A DNA stretch of 64,000 nt, taken from positions 16,182,001 to 16,246,000 of the forward strand of contig CP075493.1 of the NCBI GenBank assembly GCA_021613535.1, read 5' to 3'. The translations under genes and the position numbers were made by a program. This DNA is from Adineta vaga. Taxonomy: Eukaryota > Animalia > Rotifera. Positions 48,818-60,553 of this stretch are shown here, in pieces. The notes beneath the pieces are model-generated. The model was not told the DNA's origin. It saw only the letters and a list, made by a program, of their open reading frames with translations, and did not search any database. Each line of letters opens with the position of its first letter. Positions within the stretch are counted from its first letter, which is position 1.

Positions 48818-50983
48818 ATGCTTATTTATCGAAAAGAAATCGATGGATTACGAGCACTTGCTATACTGCCAGTTATTTTGTATCATGCAGGCTTTGTTCT
48901 CTTGGTTCGAGGAGGTTATGTTGGTGTTGATATATTTTTTGTTATTAGCGGCTATTTGATAACATCAATTGTCGATGTAGAGCTCAGTGGAGGAACATTT
49001 TCACTCATTGGTTTCTATGAAAAACGTTGCTGTCGAATTTTACCAGCACTGTATGTCATTTTATGTATTACTTGTTCTTTCGCCTATCAATGGATGTCAC
49101 CTAGTAAATTAAGAGAATTTGGTTATTCTCTGATCTTTATTGCCACTTTTTCTTCGAACATATTTTTTTGGTGGAAAGATGATAATTACTTCTCTCATCC
49201 AACAGAATTTAATCCAGTAATTCACACATGGAGTGTGGCCGTCGCAGAACAGTTCTACCTTCTCTTTCCCTTTCTATGCTACCTATTTGCCAGAAAACGA
49301 CGTTATTTGTTCGTTCTCCTCGGATATATTGCATTACTCAGTTTTTATTTTGCACAATGGGGTGGAAACATTCACTCAATACCAAATATGACATTTTACA
49401 TGTTTCTACAACATTCTTGGGCATCGTTTTATATGCCTATTGGACGTATTTGGGAATTGTTACTTGGTGCTTTCGTAGCATTCTACTTGAAATCCAATGA
49501 TTCTGTCATGTATGTATTATCTTTCTCTATTCTAATCGATTAATTTTAATCGAAGATATGCTTGAGATTAGTTGGGAACAGTAATACATAAAATGATTTT
49601 TGATTGCTAATATTCACTAACATATCTACGAGAAAGTGTTTTTTAATTGAAAGAATTATTTTGAAAATTATACTATCGATATTTGTTAGATCTAAAAAAT
49701 CATCCAACATTCGGGCATAGATTTTTGCTTTAATTGGAATATCGTTGATCATTGCATCTGTATTATTACTTGACAATCGTTCTATTCCTCCATTTCCCAA
49801 TTGTTACACTATAGTACCTACGTTTGGAACAGCTTTGATTATTATTTATGGAAAACGAGATACTTTAGTGGGACGTCTATTATCTACACGACTATTATGT
49901 TGGATAGGTCGAATTTCTTATAGTGTATATCTTTGGCATCAACCTTTATTGGTTTATCTTCGTCTACAACGAATTACAATGACAAACGTCTCAAATATCA
50001 TGCTCGTTGTTGGTGCCGTTTTTCTACTTGCTACTTTAACCTACATCGTAATTGAACAACCATTTCGAAATCGAATTCTCTTTACTCAGAAACAGATATT
50101 CATTGGTTCAGCAGTAGGAGCATTACTTTTAGTTCTTATTGCAGTTTTTCTTATTCGCACTGCTGATCATCGATCACTAATTGCCACCAAATCAGGACAT
50201 AATCGATCACTGAACCTAGAAGAAGAAGAAGTAGATACATATATGCAAGATATTGAACCCATCGAACTTTCCAACTATGTAACCCGAAGATTTAATAACC
50301 TTATGGAAGCGCATCGAACGTTTTCAGTTGAATCAGCAACGACTAATCGAAGACTTCTACTTATTGGTGATAGTTTTGCTCAAGATTTCATGAACATGAT
50401 GGTAGAAACACACTTTCTACCTGACTACGAAGTGCGTTGTCATTATGTTCGAGTCTTTTGTCAGATTTATATGGGTCCCGAAGATCGACTTCAATGGATA
50501 CCGTCAGCACAAAGACAACTTTGTATCAACGATAACGATATTAGACTTGCACTACCACTTATCAAACAAGCAAACGTTATAATCTTAGCAGCTCATTGGT
50601 TTGAATGGAGTGCTCAACGATTGCCAACGACAATAAAATCACTGCAGCTAAGTCAAAGTCAAAAACTCTTTGTCATAGGGGTGAAGAATTTTGGCCTAGT
50701 GAATCGAACGTTATTTATACATAAATCTTATAAGTATCGTGTACAACAATTCCTACCACCACTCAATAAATTTGTCAAATTAAATACAATGATGAAACGA
50801 ATTCTAAATCCATTAATATTTGTCGATGTGTTGAGTATGACATGTGTCTATGATAATGGTACATGTCCTATCTTTACTGAAGAAGGAAAAATAATTTCAT
50901 ATGATGGTGAACATACAACGAAGTATGGTGCTTGATATATCGGTAATATTATTTTTAAACAATTTCCACTAAATCAATTGTAA
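48818..50983 (+). pseudogene. OafA/OatA-like acyltransferase_3 plus SGNH fusion of bacterial type, with an intron and two nonsense codons
   Basis: YRKEIDGLRALA, GGYVGVDIFFVISGYLIT, HTWSVAVAEQFY, RIWELLLG, IGRISYSVYLWHQP, GDSFA and DGEH. TAG near 49718 and TGA at 50933 precede a continuing YIGNIIF...QL*. Confidence 0.85.
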
Positions 50984-50989
50984 CATGTA

Positions 50990-51041
50990 GTGTGTGTAGG
51001 TGTAGGTCAGGTTATACTCTTAACCCACCCACACCCTGAAG
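50990..51041. repeat. Telomeric junction site I
   Basis: GTGTGTGTAGGTGTAGG-TCAGGTTATACTCTTA-ACCCACCCACACCCTGAAG. Confidence 0.75.
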
Positions 51042-51080
51042 TAAAGAATATTTCATGTTGTTAAGTGTATATGTATTCAA

Positions 51081-52385
51081 TCACTCAACAAAAGATTTGA
51101 TGAAAAATAAAGCAAAACAAGAAAAAGTAATAAGATGAAAAGAAAAATTGTTGAAAAGACTTTTAGCATGATTCCGATTAATCATTGCTGCAATATCTTT
51201 AATCATTGATTTATATCGATGATCAATATCTATTGTTTGAGTATCTAATCGATTCACAACATATGCAAATGCAAGTTGTTTATCAGGTACAGCAAATCCA
51301 ATACTACCTCCAAGTCCTTTAATAAAACAAAACAAAAAAATGACATAAAATAATAAATAAGAAAAAGAAATCTAACCTTGATGACCAAATACTCCCGGTC
51401 CGAGTAATGGAAATACATCATCCATTAGAAAAAATCCCATAGCAAATGTTGTCGTAACATTCAAAACAAAATCAATTTCATGAAGTGGTGTGTTGGATTT
51501 AGTTGCTCGTTTTAAAATATTTTCTGTTAATATTTGTTTATAATGATTATTTTCTACATTACCAATTAAAGCTGCATAAAGTTTTGCTAATGATCGAGCA
51601 TTTGTTATACCATTTGCAGCTGGAATTTCTGCTTCATGTGTACTATTTTTATTAAAATCATCATATGAAGTTTCATTTGATATTTTCCAATCTAATGGTG
51701 ACACACGATATTCTTGTTCCGATGGTAAACCAACATAAAATTCGATTTGTAAAGGTTTTGCAATTTCATCACGAATGAATTCACCTAATGTTCTGTTCTT
51801 TGGATCAACTCGTCGAACAAGTTCACCTGCTAACCAACCATATGTTAATGCATGATAACCATGAGTTGATCCTGGTTTCCATACAGGTTGACCTTGTTCT
51901 AATTTATTTATCATCAATGTCCAATTTAAATAATCATTAAATGGTGAAAATTCAAATGGTAAACCAGCACGATGTGAAAGAATATCAGCAACTGTTGTAT
52001 TTTCTTTTCCATTTTGTCCATATTCAGGCCAATATTTAATAACTAATTCTGAATAATCAAGAAGATTTCGTTGAACACACAATGCAACAGCTGTAGCTAC
52101 TAAACCTTTTGTTGTTGAAAATACTAATTGTAATGTATGATTATCATAAGATTTTGTTTTTGATTTATCAAACCATCCACCCGATAAATCAACAACTAAA
52201 TTTCCTTGATAATATATTGCTAATGATCCACCTAAATCTCGTTCTTCAATAAAATTTTCTCGAAATAAATCTCGAATAAATTCCCATCCATTGGCTGTTG
52301 TTCCATCTATATTTAATTCAACATTATTATTACTAGAAATATATGTTATATGAAGAAAAAAACAAATCCAAATGTAAGTATACAT
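51081..52385 (-). CDS. Secreted or GPI-type beta-lactamase-family esterase (family VIII-like); intron 51317-51376
   Basis: FSTTKG (SxxK), YWPEYGQNGKE, ILSHRAGL, GYHALTYGWL, FGHQG|LGGS. Signal peptide and hydrophobic C-terminus. Confidence 0.88.
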
Positions 52386-53231
52386 TCTTGTCCGTATTGA
52401 AAATGAAAATGAAGAAATTAGTCAGATATTTAAATACTTCATCATTCGATAAGATAAGAAGATAAAGAAAAAAAACAGAGAAATTGTCATTCTACAAATA
52501 TTAAGGATGATGTTACGATTTAACAAGATTTGAAATAAAAACTACAAAGGAGAAAAAGAAGATGAGATCATCATATTTATATGTATATCTGTCTTTTTCT
52601 ACATAAAACTCATTTCACCGTTAAAAATAAAACATATATATTAGACAATGAAAAATCATCGACAATTTACATAAAGAATAGAATCTAAGATATTTAAAAT
52701 TCGATTTTCTTTTCTAAATCATGTTGTTATACTGAATTTATTTATTATTTGATTAGGATTAACATCAATTTTATTACGCAGTTATTGTATAAGATACAAG
52801 ATTCTTATCTCATCTAAACTACGATGACACATAAATGATAGAAAGAAAAAAAATACAATGATTCTTATCAGAGCTAGTAACAGGCCAAATGATATTTCTA
52901 AAGAAATCATTTCTCCAAATTTTTTTTAGTTTGTAACTTTATGACTTTGATAATCTGTCTCAAGAAGATTAGATACGAGGAATTTAAAGAAAAGAAAGTT
53001 TTTATTCATTATTTTATCTTTATAAAATAAAGTTAAAGTATCAACGCTAATTTCTATCAGAAAGGATCAACAGCATCTCTATCATTGTTTTTAGTTTTTT
53101 GTTCGTATTCCATAGCTGAACGCCGTTTTTATTTTCGAACAACTTTTTGTAAAATATATTCTAGGACATCTATATTGCGGTATCCTCTCTTATTACTAAC
53201 CTATTTACAAGACGCAAAACAAAATCGACTG

Positions 53232-53644
53232 CAGTAGAACCTCTCTGATATGATCACCTCCTGATTCTGAAAGTGAGCGTTTTTTTTCGGTTCTGACCGT
53301 GTAAATGAACATTATTAACCATAAAAGTTTAAACTATCTTTCGATATCTTATCTATTGTAAAGAGACACACAAATTATTGCAAAACTAATTTAAATAACG
53401 ATCTTTATCTACCCTTATAGAATTTTATATAAACATACGAATATCGAATAAGTTATTACTAAAAGAGACAGATGAGTTCAGTTTAATAATTCAATAACTA
53501 TATTAAGCCATAGGGCGCATGAAAAAATGGTAGTAGAAATTTAGCAAATACAGAAATGCACGAACTCCCTTATAAATGATCACCTCACTAGTATGAACTC
53601 TTTTTGTTAGTCTCGTTGGTGTTCACATTAGAGAAAATTTGATT
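53232..53644. mobile_element. pogo/Tc1-like MITE (degenerate)
   Basis: Left CAGTAGAACCTCTCTGATATGATCACC matches right GGTGTTCACATTAGAGA. The right terminus is degraded. Confidence 0.55.
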
Positions 53645-53852
53645 AATGAAATTGTTTTTCTTCGGAAGTTTTGAAAAATCAAAAACAAATATTGTAATTT
53701 TATGACAACTGTCACATCTTGTTCTTACTTTTTTTTATATTAAATATGTTGTAAAGAAAAGTAGAAAGTACGAGATGTGACAACTGTCATAAAATCGGTT
53801 TATTTTATCATTTTGAAAACTTCTGAAAATGTGCAATTTTATGGATCAAATT
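53636..53852. repeat. ~215-bp palindromic MITE-like repeat
   Basis: ATTTTATGACAACTGTCACATCTTG / CGAGATGTGACAACTGTCATAAAAT, with outer arms AATTTGATTAATGAAATTG / CAATTTTATGGATCAAATT. Confidence 0.65.
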
Positions 53853-54003
53853 GCCAAGAAAATATATCTCTTTATCATGAGATCCTGAAAAAAGATTAGT
53901 TTTTTTATATTTTTAAACACATACATTTAAAAGAAATCAACACAATTTCATTTTCCCAAACGTCTTAATAACTTCACATTTGTTTGATTGGGACTCTAGC
54001 ACT

Positions 54004-54990
54004 ATGATCGATTTAAAAAATGGCCTTGTTCAATTCAATATTTACGTTGGAATACTACTTCTAACCTTTGGTGTATTCGGAAATGTATCAAATATAATCG
54101 TCTTCTACAAAACTGATCTCCAACATCCGACTACTTACATATTGTTTTGTACTTCATGTGCTAGTTTATCATATTTATCGATAGGTTTGCTCTCAAGAAT
54201 AATTACAACAGGATTTTTGATTGATTGGACGACAATGAATATGAATTGGTGTCGAGGTCGTTTATATTTTGCTCATGTACTTGCGCTTCTTACGGTTTCA
54301 TTCACGTGTTACGCGTCTATTAATCAATTTTTCTCAACTTCTCAGAAAGAAAAACTTCGTCGATTGAGTAATTCGAGCTTTGCTCGATGTATAACATTTA
54401 TTATTCTTATCTCTTGTTTTGCGCACCATCTACCACTTATAATATTAGCACAACAGATTCCCAATGGAAGTGGAGGTCTAATTTGTAATAATATAATTAA
54501 TCCTTATTTAAGAGGATATATTCAATACTTTACTGCTCCAGTTTTGTTATCCATGGCTCCAATCTTTTTCTTGATTATTGTTGGTGTATTGACCTATCGT
54601 AATGTGAGTATGTTACAAGGCGTAAATGCTCGTCAACGAGCTCAACGTCATCTGGTATAGATGATCCTTCTTCAAACAGTTTCTATTGTCGTCGGATCAG
54701 TTCCATGCGGTTTAGATAGTATATACTCAGCTATCACAACATACACAGTTAAAGATAGCAACCGAAAGGCTATAGAAGATGCAATTTTTCAAATAGTCAA
54801 CACTATATATTATTTTCCTCATACTTTCTCTTTTTTGGTTTATTTCATTTCATCAGCCAGTTTTCGTGATCGAATGAGAACAATTTTGCATATACCTTTA
54901 AAAGAGAATCGTGTCATACCATTACAAGCTACATACACCGGATTGCGTGACCTTCACACTAGAAAAGGGCCGATTCGAACCGTAGCATAG
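54004..54990 (+). pseudogene. Rhodopsin-like GPCR with one in-frame TAG (54658-54660)
   Basis: FGVFGNVSNIIVF, WCRGRLY, ASINQF and FLVYFISSASFRDR. The two ORFs are contiguous in frame. Confidence 0.85.
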
Positions 54991-55557
54991 ACGACCAATG
55001 ATTCTCTGCCATCACTATTCATCGTCTATTTAGTTTCATCAATGTATTGAAGAAAGTTACTTTTTTAGTGTTGTTAGTCTGTATTGTCGTTCTCTTTCTT
55101 ATTATTCAGTTTTAAAGTGTAATAAACCGACACTTAATATGATTGTAAAACATTGTCATTGTTTACTTTCAATATACATTTATTACACACTATTTAACTA
55201 TTAAGAAGTAGATACGAAAATTTATTTCCGTGTTAGTGATTTTATTATGTTATATAGAGAATGAGAATATGGGTGTGTATGACGAATTTAACTATCATTT
55301 TCCGCGTTTTCATTATCAAGTGGCAAAGGAAGAGCTTATTGCGACCGATTCCTTTACTTAAATGTGGTATTTGAGAAAAGATATTTCGAAGCTTTGAATA
55401 GCGTTGATTTGTTTTTTATCATATCCATGGGTGCAGAATCTGCCGTAAAAAAAACAAAATTTCTTTTGTCACGATATGTCAAGGTGTCTTTTTGAAAAAC
55501 TCTTCCGAATTACTGATTTTTCAAAAAATTCATCACCCTTGAAAAATTTCTTCCAAC

Positions 55558-56260
55558 GGGTGTGGGTGTTTCATTCTTACCACACCCACATCCATCCACC
55601 CACACTCTCAACCATGGTAAAGGAGGAAAACAGAAAGAACAAATGCTAAAGTACGAAGAAGAACGGAAATTTGCATACATGTAATATTTGAAAGTTCAAT
55701 TTAACTTTTCATTCAACTATTCAAGTATTCATTTGAGGTAGAGAATGATGTGGGGGAAGCCAAAGTGAGGGTGCTTCGGAAGGTGTTTGAGGGGTAGGTG
55801 GGTTTGGATCTCTTGTATCTACTCACCTATACATACACCCACACCCATGAGTAGTGGATTTCATCGTAAAATGAAACGAATATTACAAGGAAAAAAATAT
55901 AGTCTGGACAAACTGAAATAAATGTTACTGCTACAATGAAATAGAATCTCGAATAGACTATCAATGAGGCTATAGATGAATGTAAATTATTTCAATACGC
56001 ACATCTACCCCCAAGATGATCATATATTCGCAGTCACATTATTGCAACGTATTACTTTCCAACTTGCACTACTTTTAATAAAAAAAACATGATTTTTTCG
56101 TGCATGTACATTTGATGATATTCTTGTTAGGTTTCTTTTTAAAATGAATCATTTTTCTCGTCCATCTTGGGAGTGTGTGTGGGTGTGGGTGTTAATTACA
56201 AAGAAGTATAATACATACAGTCACACCCTTCCGCATTCACACCGACTCACACCCACCCTT
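55558..56260. repeat. Cluster of telomeric junction sites J (55558-55611), K (55787-55851), L (half-site ~55997-56018) and M (56163-56260)
   Basis: GGGTGTGGGTG...CACCCACACTCTCAA; TTGAGGGGTAGGTGGG...CACCCACACCC; CCCCCAAGATG; CATCTTGGGAGTGTGTGTGGGTGTGGG...CACACCCACCC. Confidence 0.8.
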
Positions 56261-56599
56261 TCGTTTTCATCTCTTTGTGTGATCATCGTATCTATACATG
56301 TATTTTCTCGTTGTGTGTTATGGTGTGTACATGTTCGAGTGTGTGTTTGTGTTCATTTTTCGAAATAAACATTTACAGGCTCAACAGAAAAATATCTTTT
56401 CTTTTTTTACACATCGAATCATCCTCTAATAATGGTACAGACCTCTTCAGCTAGCGACGAAAATTTTCAATGTCGAAAAACAAACTTGAAAGGTCGCTTA
56501 TATAAATGAGTTGATATTGAAATCAAATCATGTTTTCTTTTTACTAAAATTGAATTCAAATCTTGTTAAACCTACTATTTTTTGAAATATTCGATAGCT

Positions 56600-56935
56600 T
56601 ATTCAATTCTTCATTTATTTTATTTAATCTTCTTTTCAAAGCATTCAAATGATGTTCATTAAACTGATTTCCTCATTGAATTTCTTTGATTTGTTCAATC
56701 AATTTATATAACGGTTCTGCGGTTTCTTGAAAAAATGTTTTAAAATGTTCAAAAATCTTGAGTCGACAGTTTTCAGCTGTTTGTTGAATAATTTGAATAG
56801 AATTGCTTTCCCATTGATCAATTTTTTTGATTAACGAGTGTTTATGTAGATTTTGTTTCTCTTCGTTTATCTTTTATTTAAATTGTTCAATATTGTTGAA
56901 ATCTATTTGATAAAATCCTTTTGAACAATGTTTAT
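56600..56935 (-). pseudogene. B-box/coiled-coil (TRIM-like) gene remnant
   Basis: KHSLIKKIDQWESNSIQIIQQTAENCRLKI...LIEQIKEF, with stops. Confidence 0.5.
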
Positions 56936-57361
56936 AAAGAGTTAGAATCTTCACGAAGTTTTTACACTTCTAATATTCAGTTGTGTTGTTTTTCATGGTT
57001 ATTTATTTGAACTGAGGTGGATAAAAGCATCAAATTCTCCTTTTTTATAAAAATTGTTGATGAAAAGAAAATGCTGGTTCGGAGTCGAATCTCTCTCTTT
57101 CAATGGAATCAAAAATGCTTTTTATAAATCATACTCATGTAAAAAATATTTTTCAAACAATGTTTCGTCAATGAAATTGACGATAAGAGTGGTGTCACAT
57201 ATTCAGCAGATAGAAGATGCTCCTGTAAAAGATGACCCATCTCCACAAACCAACAAACCTCACCTCTCACCTTCAGTTAGATCTACAACATTAGTTACGA
57301 GTAATAGTTTAGATGTGTTCATGTCTTTAGAACTGTCAAAATTGTCAAAATGATATTGGTA

Positions 57362-58222
57362 TTATTGGATACTACATGATTTCTTGTGTTTTTTCTTTTT
57401 TGAATATGAATTCGATTTTAATTTTTGGTCATAAAATGGCGACGTAGTCGTTGTACTCGATTGAACATCATTCTCATGATCAACTTCTTCAGTACTCGAG
57501 GAAGATTCCATTAATAGACTGTCATCATCGGTTGAATCATTCGTATTCATTCCAAGACCTTGCATATTATCATGTGACGTCAAAGTGATTGCCATACTAT
57601 CATGACTGACCACCTCAAAAAGTGAATAAGGAGAAAATAACCATTCCTCTTCCTGTGGATACCATGAAAGATCTGATATATCTCGTGCATGAAGACAACC
57701 ACTGTCAACATTTATAATAAATAACGTGTTACCAAATTCCATTGCTTTCTCTTTACTTCTTGATGTTGAAACGAAGCCGGGAAATCGAAAAATTGTTCCG
57801 ATTTCAAAAAACTGTTTCATATAACTGTTCAAGTGCATCCCACGATACACTGAACAGGAGTACAAAGAAGGTTTATTATTTATTTGAAATGTTCCTCTGC
57901 GAATCAATGGCATTAGTTTTGATATTGTGTAGGCATCATCTTTAAATAGTTGTTCATTAACGTAAATATAAAATGGTTTTCTTCCAACATAAATTTCAGA
58001 AGAATATATTCGAATGACATCAGTATCATTAGTGTGATTTTGTAACAAGTTAATTACGTTTTGGAAATCACCATTTCCAGCATTCAGAACATTTAGACCA
58101 TCAATTATACTAATATGATCTGGATCTTTTGGTGTGTTACTATAATATTTAAGAAAATTACTTTCATAAAATTGTTGTTGACTAACTGATGGCACTGATG
58201 GATCAAATCTATTCGTTCGCAT
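57362..58222 (-). CDS. R-S-E type ADP-ribosyltransferase with a polybasic CaaX tail
   Basis: VYRGM, FVSTS, QEEEWLFSPYS, ending KKKKHKKSCSIQ*. An upstream exon is possible (acceptor at about 58238). Confidence 0.85.
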   Translation of the reverse strand: MRTNRFDPSVPSVSQQQFYESNFLKYYSNTPKDPDHISIIDGLNVLNAGNGDFQNVINLLQNHTNDTDVIRIYSSEIYVGRKPFYIYVNEQLFKDDAYTISKLMPLIRRGTFQINNKPSLYSCSVYRGMHLNSYMKQFFEIGTIFRFPGFVSTSRSKEKAMEFGNTLFIINVDSGCLHARDISDLSWYPQEEEWLFSPYSLFEVVSHDSMAITLTSHDNMQGLGMNTNDSTDDDSLLMESSSSTEEVDHENDVQSSTTTTSPFYDQKLKSNSYSKKKKHKKSCSIQ

Positions 58223-58756
58223 TGGAAAATATTGTATCTATAATATGAAAAATAATCTTTTTAGAGTTTATCGAACTGTTCATTGATATAAATAAACATA
58301 ATTATTCATATGAAAATTGAGTTACATAAAAAGAACGCTCAGAAAACTTTATTCATTAAACTATGTTTATCTTCATTCGTACAGATAATGACTGTCAAAT
58401 TTTAGGAATAAATGCTAACAGTACAAATATCCATTATTATTCGATTTCTAGAAACAAAATGACGCTAACAGAAATCAGTCTTTCATGTTGGAAATTGCCA
58501 AGATATATTCAACATTTTTTTATGTACATATTTGTTGAAGAGAAACTTTTACATTAAATACAAGAGGAATTAGAAACGTACTGAAAAAAAGAAAATAAAC
58601 AATTCTGATGATTAAGTACTCGGTAGTAAAGAACACTTTGAAATCGGTAGAAGAAAAATTCATTTGCGATTGTTGGTAAGTTAAAGAATTCCTTGTCGTT
58701 ATTTATTTGATTTTTGTACGGGTTTTTTTCATAGAAAAAAAAATACGTTAGACAAT

Positions 58757-60449
58757 TTATTTACACATAAGGGTGTGCTCCGCCATGGGGTACCCCGACT
58801 AGTTTTTCATTTATAAAGCGTCATTCAAATATTCTAAAAAGGTAGTTTTTTTAGCATTTATAGTACACATGTGATGTTAAGGATCTATTGTTATTTAAGC
58901 TGTATATCTTATTGAAAACAGAGGTTTACAAATACTTTTTTTAATAGATGTTTTGTTAAAGTACTTTTAGTTAATCTCTTGATGTACATCATCTCCTATA
59001 TAAAAAATTAAATTTAAAGTGCACCGAAACAGCTTTATTATGAAATGTTTGATCAATAAACTAGCTAATGATTTTACTGAAAATGTACTCAAGAAAGAAC
59101 AGAATGTACAAACGCACATCGAACAAGAATAATACGATCAAGACACAGGATATAATCGATTCAATAAAATAGAATTATATATAAAAAATATACTAAGGAC
59201 AGAATGAATTTCAGAGAATAAAGGAGAAAAAAAATGAATATCATTTCCTCATACGTTCGCACAAAACGATTACTACTAATAACCGATATATGTTAAGAGA
59301 TTAATTAAAAGTACTTTAACAAAACATCTATTAGAAGAAGCATTTGTGAATCTCTGTTTTCAATAAGATATACAGCTTAAATAACAATAGACTCTTAGGA
59401 TCACATGTGTTCTATAAATGGTAAAAAAAACTACCTTTTTAAAATATTCGAATGAAGATTTATAACCGAAAAAGTAGTCGGGATACCTCATGGCGGATCA
59501 TGCCCATAAGAATATTTTTAATTTCTTTTCGAAAAGTCTTTGATATAATAAGATTACTATAAAAACTAATACAGAATGAAATATATGCACTAAATACACT
59601 AATAACCATTAGAAATCCTTGTAAATACAATTGAGCATATGTTTGAATTTGATTTTGTATTATTTGTTGATATACGAGAAGAATCGATATCATTGTATTA
59701 AATAAAATATAAATCAAAGTATCAACAAGAACAATTTTAATCAATTCTCGATCATTTGAAGGAGTAGAACGTATACCACCAATCGATGCATTCCTCACAC
59801 CAATAACTCTAACATAATTTAAACTTCGTACATTTTTCAATGTTCGTAGACCAAATAAGATCATTAATAGAGGAATAAGAATTGCTTTGATAATTAATGA
59901 ATAATAACTAATTAATGTTAAATAAAGACCAAGTTGAAAATAACAAAAACCAACGTCAGTTGTAAAATTGATGATATTTGTAAAGAATAAAGAATGAATA
60001 TGAAATATTAACCAAAATAAAATGATAAAACTAATATATTGATATGCAAAACGATGAGTACTTTGTTGTCTTATCAATGCATTTCGTGAAGTTATAAATA
60101 TTCGATCAATAGAAGCAATAATAAGAAATGATGGACCTAATATATCACAAACAAATGTTATATAATAACGAAAACGACAAAATATAAGATTATATGAACT
60201 AGCATCAATGTTATAACCAGTTCCTAATGTTGAAATTAATATTCATGTAGAAATCATGAGAATATTTGAAAGAGAATATGCAATGACATAAATAGAACAA
60301 GGATTTTGACGGAGATTTGGTTTTAAAAAAACTCTCAGACTTATCAAAGAACTCACACTACCTAAAATAATCAAAATTGTACCACCAATTTTATAGAGAT
60401 TGATTGTAATCAATGATAATGATAAAATGTAATTATAAACTGATGACAT
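58757..60449 (-). pseudogene. Rhodopsin-like GPCR with an in-frame TGA at 60243 and a MITE in its last codons
   Basis: LRQNPCSIY, FCRFRYY, IASIDR and SKTFRKE. The two ORFs share one frame. Confidence 0.82.
58771..59505. mobile_element. MITE with ~215-bp TIRs, GGG...CCC termini and ATAA TSD (Kolobok-like, tentative)
   Basis: ATAA|GGGTGTGCTCCGCCATGGGGTACCCCGACTA ... TAGTCGGGATACCTCATGGCGGATCATGCCC|ATAA. Removing it restores the GPCR end ILMCK*. Confidence 0.85.
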
Positions 60450-60532
60450 TATAATCACGACTTTTGAAAAAATAAGTCGTCAAATAATGCATTATTATCT
60501 GTTTTTATAGGACAAGTATTTATTTGAACATG

Positions 60533-60553
60533 ATCTTGAGGGTGTGTGTGTGT
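60533..60553 (+). repeat. Telomeric half-site N, at the 3' end of the endonuclease-less PLE
   Basis: ATCTTGAGGGTGTGTGTGTGT. Confidence 0.75.

Noticed and set aside
18670-52385. Bacterial contamination explaining the bacterial-like genes
   Set aside because: The genes carry spliceosomal introns, match the host AT content and are interleaved with animal genes.
54658-54660. Stop-codon readthrough or a variant genetic code
   Set aside because: In-frame stops of all three types occur alongside frameshifts and splice lesions, so pseudogenisation is the simpler explanation.
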